Positions 20,201-28,346 of a stretch of 64,000 bases of DNA are shown here, piece by piece. The DNA is taken from positions 320,861 to 384,860 of the forward strand of contig JADJPR010000022.1 in the NCBI GenBank assembly GCA_016713135.1, given 5' to 3'. The translations under genes were made by a program, and so were the position numbers. The DNA comes from Rhodanobacteraceae bacterium (lineage in GTDB: Bacteria; Pseudomonadota; Gammaproteobacteria; Xanthomonadales; SZUA-5). Position 1 is the first letter of the stretch; each line of letters starts with the position of its first letter. The notes under the pieces were generated by a model. That model did not search any database and had not been told where the DNA came from. It worked only from the letters and a program-made list of their open reading frames with translations.

Positions 20201-21832
20201 CCGCGACAGGGCCCCGAGTTTGCGGCGTTCAAGACCGGCGAGCAGCGCCTCGCCGATGATCTTGCCGCGCTCGAACGCCAGCACGCGGGCAAGCCGGCGA
20301 ACGATCCGCAGCGCATCGCGGCGCAGGCCGAGATCGAGCGCCGCCACAAGATCGTGCTGCAGCGCCAGCGCTACGATGCCGCGCGCGCCGAGGCGACTCG
20401 CCGGCATGAAGCGACGATCCCGCCCGAGGCGCGCCGCGCCGACGGCAGCGTCGACACCAACCACCCCGGATATCGCAAGGCCCGCGCTGCCTGGGAGCAG
20501 GAACTGCAGCAAATCGCAGCACAACACAACGCGGACTACCAGCAGCGCATCGCCGAGCATGCCGACGCACTCGAGGCGGCTGGCGCGCACAACGCCGCGG
20601 CCGAACTGCGCGCGCAGATCGCCGGCCAGGCACCGCGCAAGCGTGCCCAGAGCAACGCCGAGCTCGACATGTCGGGCGGCCTGCCGCAATCGATCAAGAG
20701 CGATATCGACCTGACCGAATACGCGCCCGGCTCCGCGCGCCGGTTCGCCGATGCGATGCGCAAGCGCGGTCATCACGTCGAGGAATACGCCGACCGCTAC
20801 GTGATCACGGATACCGATACCACGGTGTGGAAACTGCCGCCCGCGGTGCAGGACATGCCGGGCAGCGGTGCCTGGATGGCCCGCGTGCACCTGGACACTT
20901 TCGCCGGTAGCGACAAGTTCCCGACGCCGGGTGGGGTGCACTACACCACCGGCGGCGCCGCCGGCGTGGCTGACCCGAAGGGCGCGGTCATCTCGAACCT
21001 CAAGAAAGGCACCGAGGCCGGGCTCGGGCGCACCGACGACGTGGACCTGCACGTGATCAGCAAGAGCACGGTCAAGATCGTCGAGGTGGCCAATGCGAGC
21101 ACGGATGGCGCGCCACTCAGCGCACCCCTGCTGGCGAAGGCCACCGGCATGCGCAAACATCAATTGCCCGAGCAGGCCGGCGTGGTCACCTTCGGTGCCT
21201 CCCCGGCGGCCAAGGCGCGCGAGCAGGCGGCCTTCCTGCAGGAATCGCGCAAGCTGGTCATCCAGGCCTATTTGCGCGCCGCGCAGAAATCGGCACAGTT
21301 GAATGCGCGGCGACAGCTGCAACTGGCGCAGGCGCTGGCCGCCGGCGATCGCGCAGCCGCGGCGCGCCTGCGTTACGAACTGCAGATCTCGCGCGGCGCC
21401 AACGAGGCAGCCCTCGACAACCTGGGGCAACAGGATCCGCAGCTGATCGCACAGATCCTGCGCGCCGAAGCCGCCGCCAGCAGCGGCGAGCTCGGCCAGT
21501 TGGCCGGCGACCCGCCGTCGTCGGCACCTGGCGTGGGCTGGCTGTGGTCGCGCGCCTGGCGTGGCGACGGGCACCAACCGCCGGCGCTGCCAGCGACGCC
21601 CCTGCCGCCCATCCCGGCACTGGACGCACTCGGGCGCCGCTGCAGCCAGGCCTCGGCCAAGCTCGCTGAGCAACTCAAGGTGATGCCGCCGCAAGGCGCC
21701 GAAGCCAAGCACCTGGCGCGGCTGCAGCAACTGCTCGCGGCTGGCGCCGGCGACCCGGCTGGCGCCATCGCCAGCGTGCGTCGCCACACCGGCTACGAGC
21801 TGGCGACGGTGCTGCAGCAATGGGGGCTGTGA
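17291..21832 (+). CDS. 1513-aa orphan exported protein: signal peptide, TPR repeats, Pro/Ala-rich linker, coiled-coil regions, glycine-zipper hydrophobic segment and an unknown C-terminal region
   Basis: GGGAG (17279-17283) precedes a GTG start. Signal peptide: MVQHAIFLAAALLLNALCAEP. TPR-like repeats: ...ADFERALETDPRSADAYTARGHWY...ADFDRALAIDPGHRDALFRRA.... Linker: PSPPAEPPAAPTRPAVVSAPPPPPAPA. Glycine-rich segment: AAMFLGAMLGGGGAMLVGSYGVGTG. Confidence 0.75.
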   Translation: MVQHAIFLAAALLLNALCAEPVTAVPASTAQESAVAEAAQHLARGDAGSALAVLKPLPDSVPVLLLRGAAKQELLQWDSALADFERALETDPRSADAYTARGHWYAIDGKDAKAVADFDRALAIDPGHRDALFRRATAHFRRNRFAAARADCLALLAIEPAHADATELLADVERKLGIAGARPSPPAEPPAAPTRPAVVSAPPPPPAPATVPASVGNTPAQAATSGASGLPPIALPPLPRPSAVNLPAPRFASQQACNIEYWSMAGAPWGGAKASSSPPTAADNAFTDAEYRALVSRVQAAIAQLYAPMTATQQTRFEALWAPFHDYPNAADQRYFAAFLPLMDEYLRLRAAIAAVDVAQQDALLAAGVAAALGDEAGVRDALDLGFMQVQQAREHEMALYGVQRQMRDLGDAPNPLAERCAARRRHQQARAALQPANGVYVLSETWHALAPASRDPERTEVTVRGDRAVTASSARIEMRTPQVESGAARAPDPVAVEIGRVSVAIDWDVPPMFALDEAISGEIRIRDAGSRGDLDRRGYIVVAYKLLRDDACVPALVNFREDPSTNTERYGAVCQNRLGVYGDGIEIRQRNGTHAVRNAAALAAPEGPLRAASVAGRTPQPSLLIVVDIDSTARFFYRYRLRDASDSTALANPEQLGQAGSQREPPPDPQAAIAEAIAQRRALVDALGQLEASWQRELDAVRAGVANRPATAAETEQIAQLEQRVLQQQANRQAELDAIATLQTGVIARTPSAWDRRETERFRQRIIDESAQLTRLLHVAAALPRLARMASDGGRLHAATLQQMREALAQPDPMPAMQRIGASVRAHFEGEQAVALAEKERADWRYTIPAWTRTGADAAMFLGAMLGGGGAMLVGSYGVGTGYFDGGARQAAENGVRSASQVVDVVWGAWQGYFARDPATGQWRGWAGAAESTATMFVMNVVTGRVAAHLHGGKLPADVPIPQPRAGAKPRQGPEFAAFKTGEQRLADDLAALERQHAGKPANDPQRIAAQAEIERRHKIVLQRQRYDAARAEATRRHEATIPPEARRADGSVDTNHPGYRKARAAWEQELQQIAAQHNADYQQRIAEHADALEAAGAHNAAAELRAQIAGQAPRKRAQSNAELDMSGGLPQSIKSDIDLTEYAPGSARRFADAMRKRGHHVEEYADRYVITDTDTTVWKLPPAVQDMPGSGAWMARVHLDTFAGSDKFPTPGGVHYTTGGAAGVADPKGAVISNLKKGTEAGLGRTDDVDLHVISKSTVKIVEVANASTDGAPLSAPLLAKATGMRKHQLPEQAGVVTFGASPAAKAREQAAFLQESRKLVIQAYLRAAQKSAQLNARRQLQLAQALAAGDRAAAARLRYELQISRGANEAALDNLGQQDPQLIAQILRAEAAASSGELGQLAGDPPSSAPGVGWLWSRAWRGDGHQPPALPATPLPPIPALDALGRRCSQASAKLAEQLKVMPPQGAEAKHLARLQQLLAAGAGDPAGAIASVRRHTGYELATVLQQWGL

Positions 21833-22090
21833 CGAGCTGTTGCGCGCAACATCACAGGAAGCAACCGGCCGTGAGCCCCGCTGCGGGCTTTCTGCGGCAC
21901 CGGGCGTCTCCGTTTCGATTGCCCAACCCCGTCGAAAACGCCAGCATGCGCAGCCCGCCCCGGATGCGATGGCGGCAAGGACCGGTGGTGTCAGGCGGCA
22001 CTTCCTGCTGTGCCGCATGCGTTTTGCCTCCCGGGAGTTCCTGGGCCCTGGATCAACCGGGAGTTTTCAACGAATGCTGGAATCGCCAGG

Positions 22091-22915
22091 ATGATCGACA
22101 GGATCGAATTGCTCAAGAAGGGGTTGACCGGGGAACTGCACGAGGAGTCATTCTGGCGACCGATCAGACCGACAAGCGTCCGAGCATCCAGTGCGGCAAA
22201 ACAACTGCTCTTGCGCAAGTCGATCGAATGGCTTGAACGACGCGGCTGCCGGGTATTCCTCCCGATTGTCCCGGACGCCAACGCCCGCCAGTGGCGCGAG
22301 CTTGGGAAGGACCATCCGATCGTCGGCTTCACCATGGTCGGCCGCAAGCGGCTCGACAACGTCGAAGCGTGCGTTCGCGAGGTCGAGCGCAACGGAGTCG
22401 CCGGTGCATTCGTCGAATGCGGCGTCTGGCGCGGCGGCGTCGGCATCCTGGCGAAGGCAGTGCTGGCTGAACTGGGTTCGGACCGCAGCGTCTGGCTCTG
22501 CGATTCATTCCGGGGTCTGCCGCCGCCCACATTCGAGCAGGACGCGGGATATGACTTCTGCGACATGAACGACTATCTGGGGGTGTCCAGGGACCGCGTT
22601 GCCGCGAACTTCGGGCAATTCGGTCTGCTCGACGAACGCGTGCATTTCCTCGAGGGATTTTTCAGCGACACCCTGGCCACCGCGGATATCGGCGAGATCG
22701 CGGTACTGCGCCTCGATGGCGACCTCTATGAATCCACCTGGCAGGGCCTGGTGGCGCTGTTCCCGAAGGTGTCCCGTGGCGGTTATGTGATCATCGACGA
22801 CTATGGCGTGCTGGAACCGTGTCGCCGCGCCGTGCATGATTTCCTTGCGCGCGAGAAACTCAATCCGGAGCTCATCGATATCGATGGGACCGGAGTTTAC
22901 TGGCGCGTCGGATAG
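22091..22915 (+). CDS. TylF/MycF-family (macrocin-O-type) SAM methyltransferase
   Basis: FTMVGRKRLDNVEACV...GAFVECGVWRGGVGIL...LRLDGDLYEST...GGYVIIDDYG is the family pattern. Confidence 0.8.
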   Translation: MIDRIELLKKGLTGELHEESFWRPIRPTSVRASSAAKQLLLRKSIEWLERRGCRVFLPIVPDANARQWRELGKDHPIVGFTMVGRKRLDNVEACVREVERNGVAGAFVECGVWRGGVGILAKAVLAELGSDRSVWLCDSFRGLPPPTFEQDAGYDFCDMNDYLGVSRDRVAANFGQFGLLDERVHFLEGFFSDTLATADIGEIAVLRLDGDLYESTWQGLVALFPKVSRGGYVIIDDYGVLEPCRRAVHDFLAREKLNPELIDIDGTGVYWRVG

Positions 22916-23076
22916 AGCACCCATGACCCCAGGGAAGCGCCGACCCGGCCGCGCGGGCACCCGGGGCACTTCGGCGCGGTTTCACTCCCGTTGCCGCCGC
23001 GAACCCGCAGGAATTCGCCCGAGAGCCCGCGTCCTGGAACTGCACGATGCCCGCCCGATCCGATGATGAACTCGGC

Positions 23077-24960
23077 ATGCGCCGGCCCATTGCCCGGCGC
23101 GACTTCCTGCAAGGAGTCGCAATGGGTGTCGGCGGACTGCTGGGCGGTCTTGCGCCGCAGCTCCTGGCCGCTGCTGATGCACTTGCCGAACAGGATCGCC
23201 GCGGCTACTACCCGCCTACGCGACTCGGACTGCGAGGCAGTCATCCAGGCGCATTCGAGGCCGCCCATGCCCTGCGTGGGCAGGGTTCGCTCGAAGGCAC
23301 CAGCGTCATTCGTGAGACCGGCGAGCAATACGACCTGATCGTGGTCGGGGCGGGCATCAGCGGCCTGGCTGCGGCGCACTACTACCGCGCATCAGCGCCG
23401 GGAGCGCGAGTCCTCATCCTCGAGAATCACGACGACTTCGGCGGCCATGCCAGGCGCAACGAGTTCCATCTCGACGGGCGCACCCACTTGCTGAATGGCG
23501 GCTCGCGTCTGATCGAGAGTCCACGACCCTACGGCCGCGTGGCGGCGGGCCTGCTACGCACGCTCGGGATCGACGCCAGGGCGCTCGACGCCGCTTGCAG
23601 CGCCCACGGCTTTTATGCCTCGCTGGGACTGCGCGCCGGGGTCCATTTCGATCGTGAGACTTTCGGTGCCGACCGTCTGGTGCTGCGCCAGGGCGACGGT
23701 CGCGAACAGACCCGGGATTTTTTGGCACAGGCTCCGTTGTCGGACGCAGTACGCGCAGACATCCTGCGCATCGAGCACGGCCACGAGGACCATCTGCCCG
23801 GGCGGGAATCCGCGGCCAAGAAGGACTACCTCTCGCGAATCTCCTACGAACACTACCTGCTGCGCATCGCGAAGGCCGATCCCGGCGTCCTGCCTTACTA
23901 CCTGCACGCGACCGACAGTCTCTGGGGATGCGGCATCGACGCGGTGCCGGCGCTCGATTGCTGGGGCGTCGGGCTCCCGGGCTTCCAGGGACTGGGGCTG
24001 GAGCCCGGCGCCGCGCCACGCATGGGCTTCACGCCAGCCGGCTATGCGGCCACTGGCGGCTCAGACACTTTCCATTTTCCTGATGGCAATGCGTCGATCG
24101 CCCGGCTGTTGGTCCGGCGACTGGTACACGCTGCCATACCTGGAACCGATGCGCGCGATGTGGTGACCGCCATGGCCGACTACACCCAGCTCGACCGTGC
24201 ATCCTCTTCCACCCGCATCCGCCTGAACAGCACGGTGCTGCGCGTGCGGAACCTCGACGGCGCCGGCGCCGAAGTGATCTACGCGCGTGGCGGTGAACTG
24301 CATCGCAGCAAGACGAAGCACTGCGTACTGGCATGCTGGAACATGATGATTCCCTATCTGTGCCCGGAACTGCCGCGGGCGCAGCGGAGTGCGCTCCGGC
24401 AACTGGTCAAGACCCCTCTGGTCTATGCCAGCGTCGCCCTCAGGGACTGGCGCGCATGGGCACGGCTGCGGGTGCATCACATCGATGCTCCTGGCGGGTA
24501 CTTCTCGAGTTTCGGTCTCAACGACGTCGTCGACATCGGCAACTACCGCAGCGTCCGTTCCCCGGAGCAGCCCATCCTGATCCGCATGGAGCGCACGCCA
24601 GCCAGTTACGGGCTGCCAGAGCGTGAGCAGCACAAGGCAGGGCGCGCCGAGTTGCTGGCGACGCCCTTCGCCAGTTTCGAGCGGGCCATCCGCGAACAAC
24701 TCGGTCGCACCCTGGGTGCCGGCGGCTTCGATCCCGCGCGTGACATCCGCGGCATCGCAGTCAATCGCTGGCCGCACGGCTATGCACCGGAGTACAACAG
24801 CCTGGTGGACGGCGACACGCCACCCGAGCGGATGCCGAATGTCCTGGGGCGTACCCGATTCGGCCAGATCGCCATCGCCAATTCGGATGCCGGGATGGGC
24901 GCCTATGCCGACGTCGCCATCGAACAGGCGCATCGCGCGGTACAGGATCTGATCGCCTGA
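23077..24960 (+). CDS. Tat-exported NAD(P)/FAD-dependent oxidoreductase (amine-oxidase / spermidine-dehydrogenase-like)
   Basis: Twin-arginine signal: MRRPIARRDFLQGVAMGVGG. Dinucleotide motif: DLIVVGAGISGLAAAHYY. Confidence 0.8.
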   Translation: MRRPIARRDFLQGVAMGVGGLLGGLAPQLLAAADALAEQDRRGYYPPTRLGLRGSHPGAFEAAHALRGQGSLEGTSVIRETGEQYDLIVVGAGISGLAAAHYYRASAPGARVLILENHDDFGGHARRNEFHLDGRTHLLNGGSRLIESPRPYGRVAAGLLRTLGIDARALDAACSAHGFYASLGLRAGVHFDRETFGADRLVLRQGDGREQTRDFLAQAPLSDAVRADILRIEHGHEDHLPGRESAAKKDYLSRISYEHYLLRIAKADPGVLPYYLHATDSLWGCGIDAVPALDCWGVGLPGFQGLGLEPGAAPRMGFTPAGYAATGGSDTFHFPDGNASIARLLVRRLVHAAIPGTDARDVVTAMADYTQLDRASSSTRIRLNSTVLRVRNLDGAGAEVIYARGGELHRSKTKHCVLACWNMMIPYLCPELPRAQRSALRQLVKTPLVYASVALRDWRAWARLRVHHIDAPGGYFSSFGLNDVVDIGNYRSVRSPEQPILIRMERTPASYGLPEREQHKAGRAELLATPFASFERAIREQLGRTLGAGGFDPARDIRGIAVNRWPHGYAPEYNSLVDGDTPPERMPNVLGRTRFGQIAIANSDAGMGAYADVAIEQAHRAVQDLIA

Positions 24961-25231
24961 GGACCGACATTCCCGTCGCTGCCGCGCACTCCGGCGCAAG
25001 CACCCCGCGTGAGCGCTCAGCCAGGCGAATCCGTTCGCGCACATCGCCTGAGGAGGATTTCCACCCAGCGCGGGATCCCCGGTATCCGCCATCCACGGGG
25101 AACGCTGCGCCCGGCGCGTAACCGTGGGCCCTGTGCGCTCGTCAAACCCGCCGGTGAATCGCCCCCGTGCGCCCACCGGTTCCGTCCCGCAGTCATCCAT
25201 TGAGCCCGAGGAGGCGCGCTTGTCGGCCCGC

Positions 25232-25786
25232 ATGAGTCCACGCCTGGAAATCCTGATCGGCGCTGCGGCAGTGCTGATCTCGCTGGCTTCGCTGGGCCTG
25301 ACGATCAGCGCGAACCGCACCCAGGAGCGACTGCTGGCCGCAAGCACCTGGCCGTTCCTGGTCTATGGGACCGGCAACCGGATGGAAGACGGGACGTCGG
25401 CGATCAGCCTTGCGCTGCACAACGGTGGCGTCGGCCCGGCAAGGCTGGCGTGGCTGCAGGTCCTGTACGACGGCCAACCGCGCTTCGATGCAGCGTCGCT
25501 CCTGCACGCCTGCTGCAACCCGGGGATGTTGCCGATCAGCACGGTCACCTCGGCGGGCGGCGGTGTGCTTGGCGCCGATTCCAAGGCTACGTTCCTGGTT
25601 TTTCCGGAATCGGGCAACGACCCCGGGGTGTGGTCGGCATTCAATCGCCGCCGGTTCGAGGTCGAGGTTCGGGCCTGCTTCTGTTCGGTACTCAAGGAAT
25701 GCTGGCTGCTGGAGCCGGCACAACGGGAACCGATGCCAACGGCCAGTTGCCCGTCCCTTGATGACGCGCAGGTGTGGCACGGGTGA
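25232..25786 (+). CDS. hypothetical membrane-anchored Cys-rich protein
   Basis: N-terminal transmembrane segment: MSPRLEILIGAAAVLISLASLGLTI. Cysteines include the paired CC and CFC motifs. No family was recognised. Confidence 0.5.
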   Translation: MSPRLEILIGAAAVLISLASLGLTISANRTQERLLAASTWPFLVYGTGNRMEDGTSAISLALHNGGVGPARLAWLQVLYDGQPRFDAASLLHACCNPGMLPISTVTSAGGGVLGADSKATFLVFPESGNDPGVWSAFNRRRFEVEVRACFCSVLKECWLLEPAQREPMPTASCPSLDDAQVWHG

Positions 25787-26063
25787 CCCTGGCGATGGTC
25801 AAGACCTGAACTGCCATCCTGTCCGGTCCGCCACGCGGCCGATCGGCGCGTCTCGCGTTGCGACTGAATACGTATGCAACCGATTGTGATGCATCCCCGC
25901 TGAGTCATAGGCTGCATCCCGCGACGACCGCCTGAATACGACGGCAACGGGAGGGGACGATCCGGCACAGCCTGTGATCGCCCGATGCCGGCATCCACCC
26001 GGCGCGGCCGCGCACGGATGGCAAGCGCCATCCGGTCCGAGACGCTGGATTGGGGAGAATCCG

Positions 26064-28235
26064 ATGGACCTGCGCACCACGGGCGCGGCGCTGCGCGCGC
26101 CTGCCCGCAACACCCTGTGCACGCTGCTGCTCGCCGGCCTCGCGCTGGCGGGCGTGTCCCATGCCGACGCGCAGACCCTGCGCCCTGGCTACAACCGCGA
26201 CGTGATCTACCAGGTTTTCGTCGACCGCTTCTTCGACGGCACCACGAGCAACAACCCGTCGGGCGACCCGCTGTTCGACGCCAGCGGCGCCAACCTGCAG
26301 AAGTACATGGGCGGCGACTTCCAGGGGCTCGCCGCGAAAATGAGCTACCTGTCGAACATGGGCGTCAGCGCGATCTGGGTGACCTCGCCGCTGGACAACC
26401 GCAATGTGCAGGCGCTGGCCGGCTCGCTGTCGCCCTACCACGGCTACGAGATGCGCGACACGCTCAAGCCGCACGAGCACTTCACGCCCACCGCACGTTC
26501 CTGGCAGCCCTTCACCGATTTCGTCACCGCCGCGCACAACGCCGGCATCAAGGTGATCGTCGACTTCGCACCGAACCACTCCAATGTCCGCGGTTCCGGC
26601 GAGGACGGCGCGCTGTACGCCAACGGCGTGCTGCAGGCCACCTACACCTCCAATCCGTCGAACTTCTTCTTCACCGGCCCGAATATGGGCGGCTCGCAGT
26701 GGGATTCGCCCTACGAGACCCAGTACTACACGATCTACGACCTCGCCGACCTCAACCAGACCCACCCGACGGTCGATTCGCTGCTGAAAGCTGCGGTCGC
26801 GAACCTGCAGTCGATGGGCGTCGACGGCTTCCGCATCGACGCCACCAAGCACGTCAACTGGGGCTGGCAATACAGCCTGGCCAACCACATCCAGACCCAG
26901 CGCGAGAGCTTCGTGTTCGGCGAATGGGTGGCGGACGACGCCAACAACCCGCTGTACCGGGACCTGCTGAAGTTCAGCAACAAGAGCGGCGTGGCCGAGC
27001 TCAACTTCCCGCTGTTCACCACCATCAACAGCGTGTTCGGCCAGGGCGGTTCCTTCGTCAACCTCAACAACGTGGTCGTCCAGCAGCAGGCCGACTTCGC
27101 CTACCAGAACGATTTCGTCAACTTCGTCGACAACCACGACCGCAAGCGCTTCCTGACCGTCGACACCAGCGCCGACGACCGCAAGCACCTGCACGCGGCC
27201 CTCGCGTACGTACTGACCGCGCGCGGCATTCCGTGCATTTACTATGGGACCGAGCAGTACCTCGAAGGCGGTGACGATCCGGACAACCGCCGGCGCATGC
27301 CCGCCTTCAGCGAGACCACCACCGCCTTCAAGCTGATCAAGAGCCTGTCGACCCTGCGCCGCAACAACGAGGCGCTCGGCTACGGTTCGATCACCCAGCG
27401 CTGGATCAACGCCAACACCTTCATCTACGAGCGCAAGTTCTACGACTCGGTGGTGGTGGTGGCGATCAACAAGGGCGCCAGCGCGCAGAGCGTCAGCGGC
27501 CTCGTGACCTCGCTGCCGACCGGATCGTACGCGAACTACCTCTCCGGCATCATCAGCGGACCGTCGTTGACCGCCACCGGCGCGACCAGCGGCGGCTACA
27601 ACACCGCGAGTTTCTCGCTGCCCGCGAACAGCATCGCCGTCTGGCAGCGCGACCCGACGGTTTCGACGCCGCAACTCGGCAACGTCACGCCGACCGCGGC
27701 GCAACCGGGCGTGCGCGTGGTGATCGCCGGCCAGGGATTCGGCGGCGCGACGGGCTCGGTCAAGTTCGGCAGCACTGCCGCCACCATCGTCAGCTGGAAC
27801 GACCAGCAGGTCGTCGCCACCGTGCCCGCGGTCACTCAGGGCGTGCACGCGGTCACCGTGACCCGCTCGGGTAGCGTCACGCCCTCGAACAGCTTCAACT
27901 TCACCGCCTACCAGGGCAAGCTGATCCCGGTGACCTTCACCGTCAACAACGCCGCGCCGACCAATCCGGGCGACAACATCTACCTGACCGGCAACACCGT
28001 CGAACTCGGCAACTGGGCGAGCACCACCGGCGGCGCCGTCGGCGCGATGCTGACCAATGCCAGCACCTACCCGAACTGGTGGCTGACCGTCAGCGTGCCG
28101 GCCGGCAAGACCCTGCAATTCAAGGCCATCCGCATCCGCGCCGATGGCAGCGTGACCTGGGAGGCCGGCGCAAACCACAGCTACACGGTGCCTGCCTCCG
28201 GCGTCGGCAACGTGAATATCAACTGGCAGTACTGA
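26064..28235 (+). CDS. secreted GH13 alpha-amylase / cyclomaltodextrin-glucanotransferase-like enzyme with IPT and CBM20 domains
   Basis: GGGGAG ribosome-binding site. GH13 regions: DFAPNH, GFRIDATKH, FGEWV and FVDNHD. C-terminal starch-binding module: ...IYLTGNTVELGNWAS...WWLTVSVPAGKTLQFKAIR. Confidence 0.85.
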   Translation: MDLRTTGAALRAPARNTLCTLLLAGLALAGVSHADAQTLRPGYNRDVIYQVFVDRFFDGTTSNNPSGDPLFDASGANLQKYMGGDFQGLAAKMSYLSNMGVSAIWVTSPLDNRNVQALAGSLSPYHGYEMRDTLKPHEHFTPTARSWQPFTDFVTAAHNAGIKVIVDFAPNHSNVRGSGEDGALYANGVLQATYTSNPSNFFFTGPNMGGSQWDSPYETQYYTIYDLADLNQTHPTVDSLLKAAVANLQSMGVDGFRIDATKHVNWGWQYSLANHIQTQRESFVFGEWVADDANNPLYRDLLKFSNKSGVAELNFPLFTTINSVFGQGGSFVNLNNVVVQQQADFAYQNDFVNFVDNHDRKRFLTVDTSADDRKHLHAALAYVLTARGIPCIYYGTEQYLEGGDDPDNRRRMPAFSETTTAFKLIKSLSTLRRNNEALGYGSITQRWINANTFIYERKFYDSVVVVAINKGASAQSVSGLVTSLPTGSYANYLSGIISGPSLTATGATSGGYNTASFSLPANSIAVWQRDPTVSTPQLGNVTPTAAQPGVRVVIAGQGFGGATGSVKFGSTAATIVSWNDQQVVATVPAVTQGVHAVTVTRSGSVTPSNSFNFTAYQGKLIPVTFTVNNAAPTNPGDNIYLTGNTVELGNWASTTGGAVGAMLTNASTYPNWWLTVSVPAGKTLQFKAIRIRADGSVTWEAGANHSYTVPASGVGNVNINWQY

Positions 28236-28245
28236 GCGTCCGGGA

Positions 28246-28268
28246 GGCGCCGGCGTCTCGCCGGCGCC
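28246..28268. terminator. Hairpin between the convergent amylase and FG-GAP genes
   Basis: ggcgccggcg (28246-28255) pairs with cgccggcgcc (28259-28268) across a 3-nt loop. A second, weaker hairpin lies at 28286-28306. Confidence 0.4.
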
Positions 28269-28346
28269 ACCCGAAGGCAGGCAGTCTCTCCCGTCGATGG
28301 GGAGAGGTATTCCATTTCTCCAGGGTCCGGCCCGCCGGTGAGAAGT

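Noticed and set aside
20670-20720. Nucleotidyltransferase-like motif (SGGLPQSIKSDIDLT) in the giant protein
   Set aside because: The Gly-to-Asp spacing is shorter than in the canonical hG[GS]x9-13DxD pattern, and I saw no supporting downstream motifs. It is too weak to call. The two RGD tripeptides in the protein were dismissed as chance for the same reason.
17459-22018. 1519-aa ORF antisense to the giant gene
   Set aside because: Its Arg/Gly/Ala-rich, low-complexity translation is typical of the antisense frame of a high-GC gene. The plus-strand frame has a signal peptide, TPR repeats, GC-rich third positions and a ribosome-binding site.
25905-28178. 757-aa minus-strand ORF opposite the GH13 gene. 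Similar cases: 30094..32469, 34220..36076, 12450..14039 and 51351..52964.
   Set aside because: In each case the opposite strand carries a protein with clear catalytic motifs. These ORFs have antisense-type composition.
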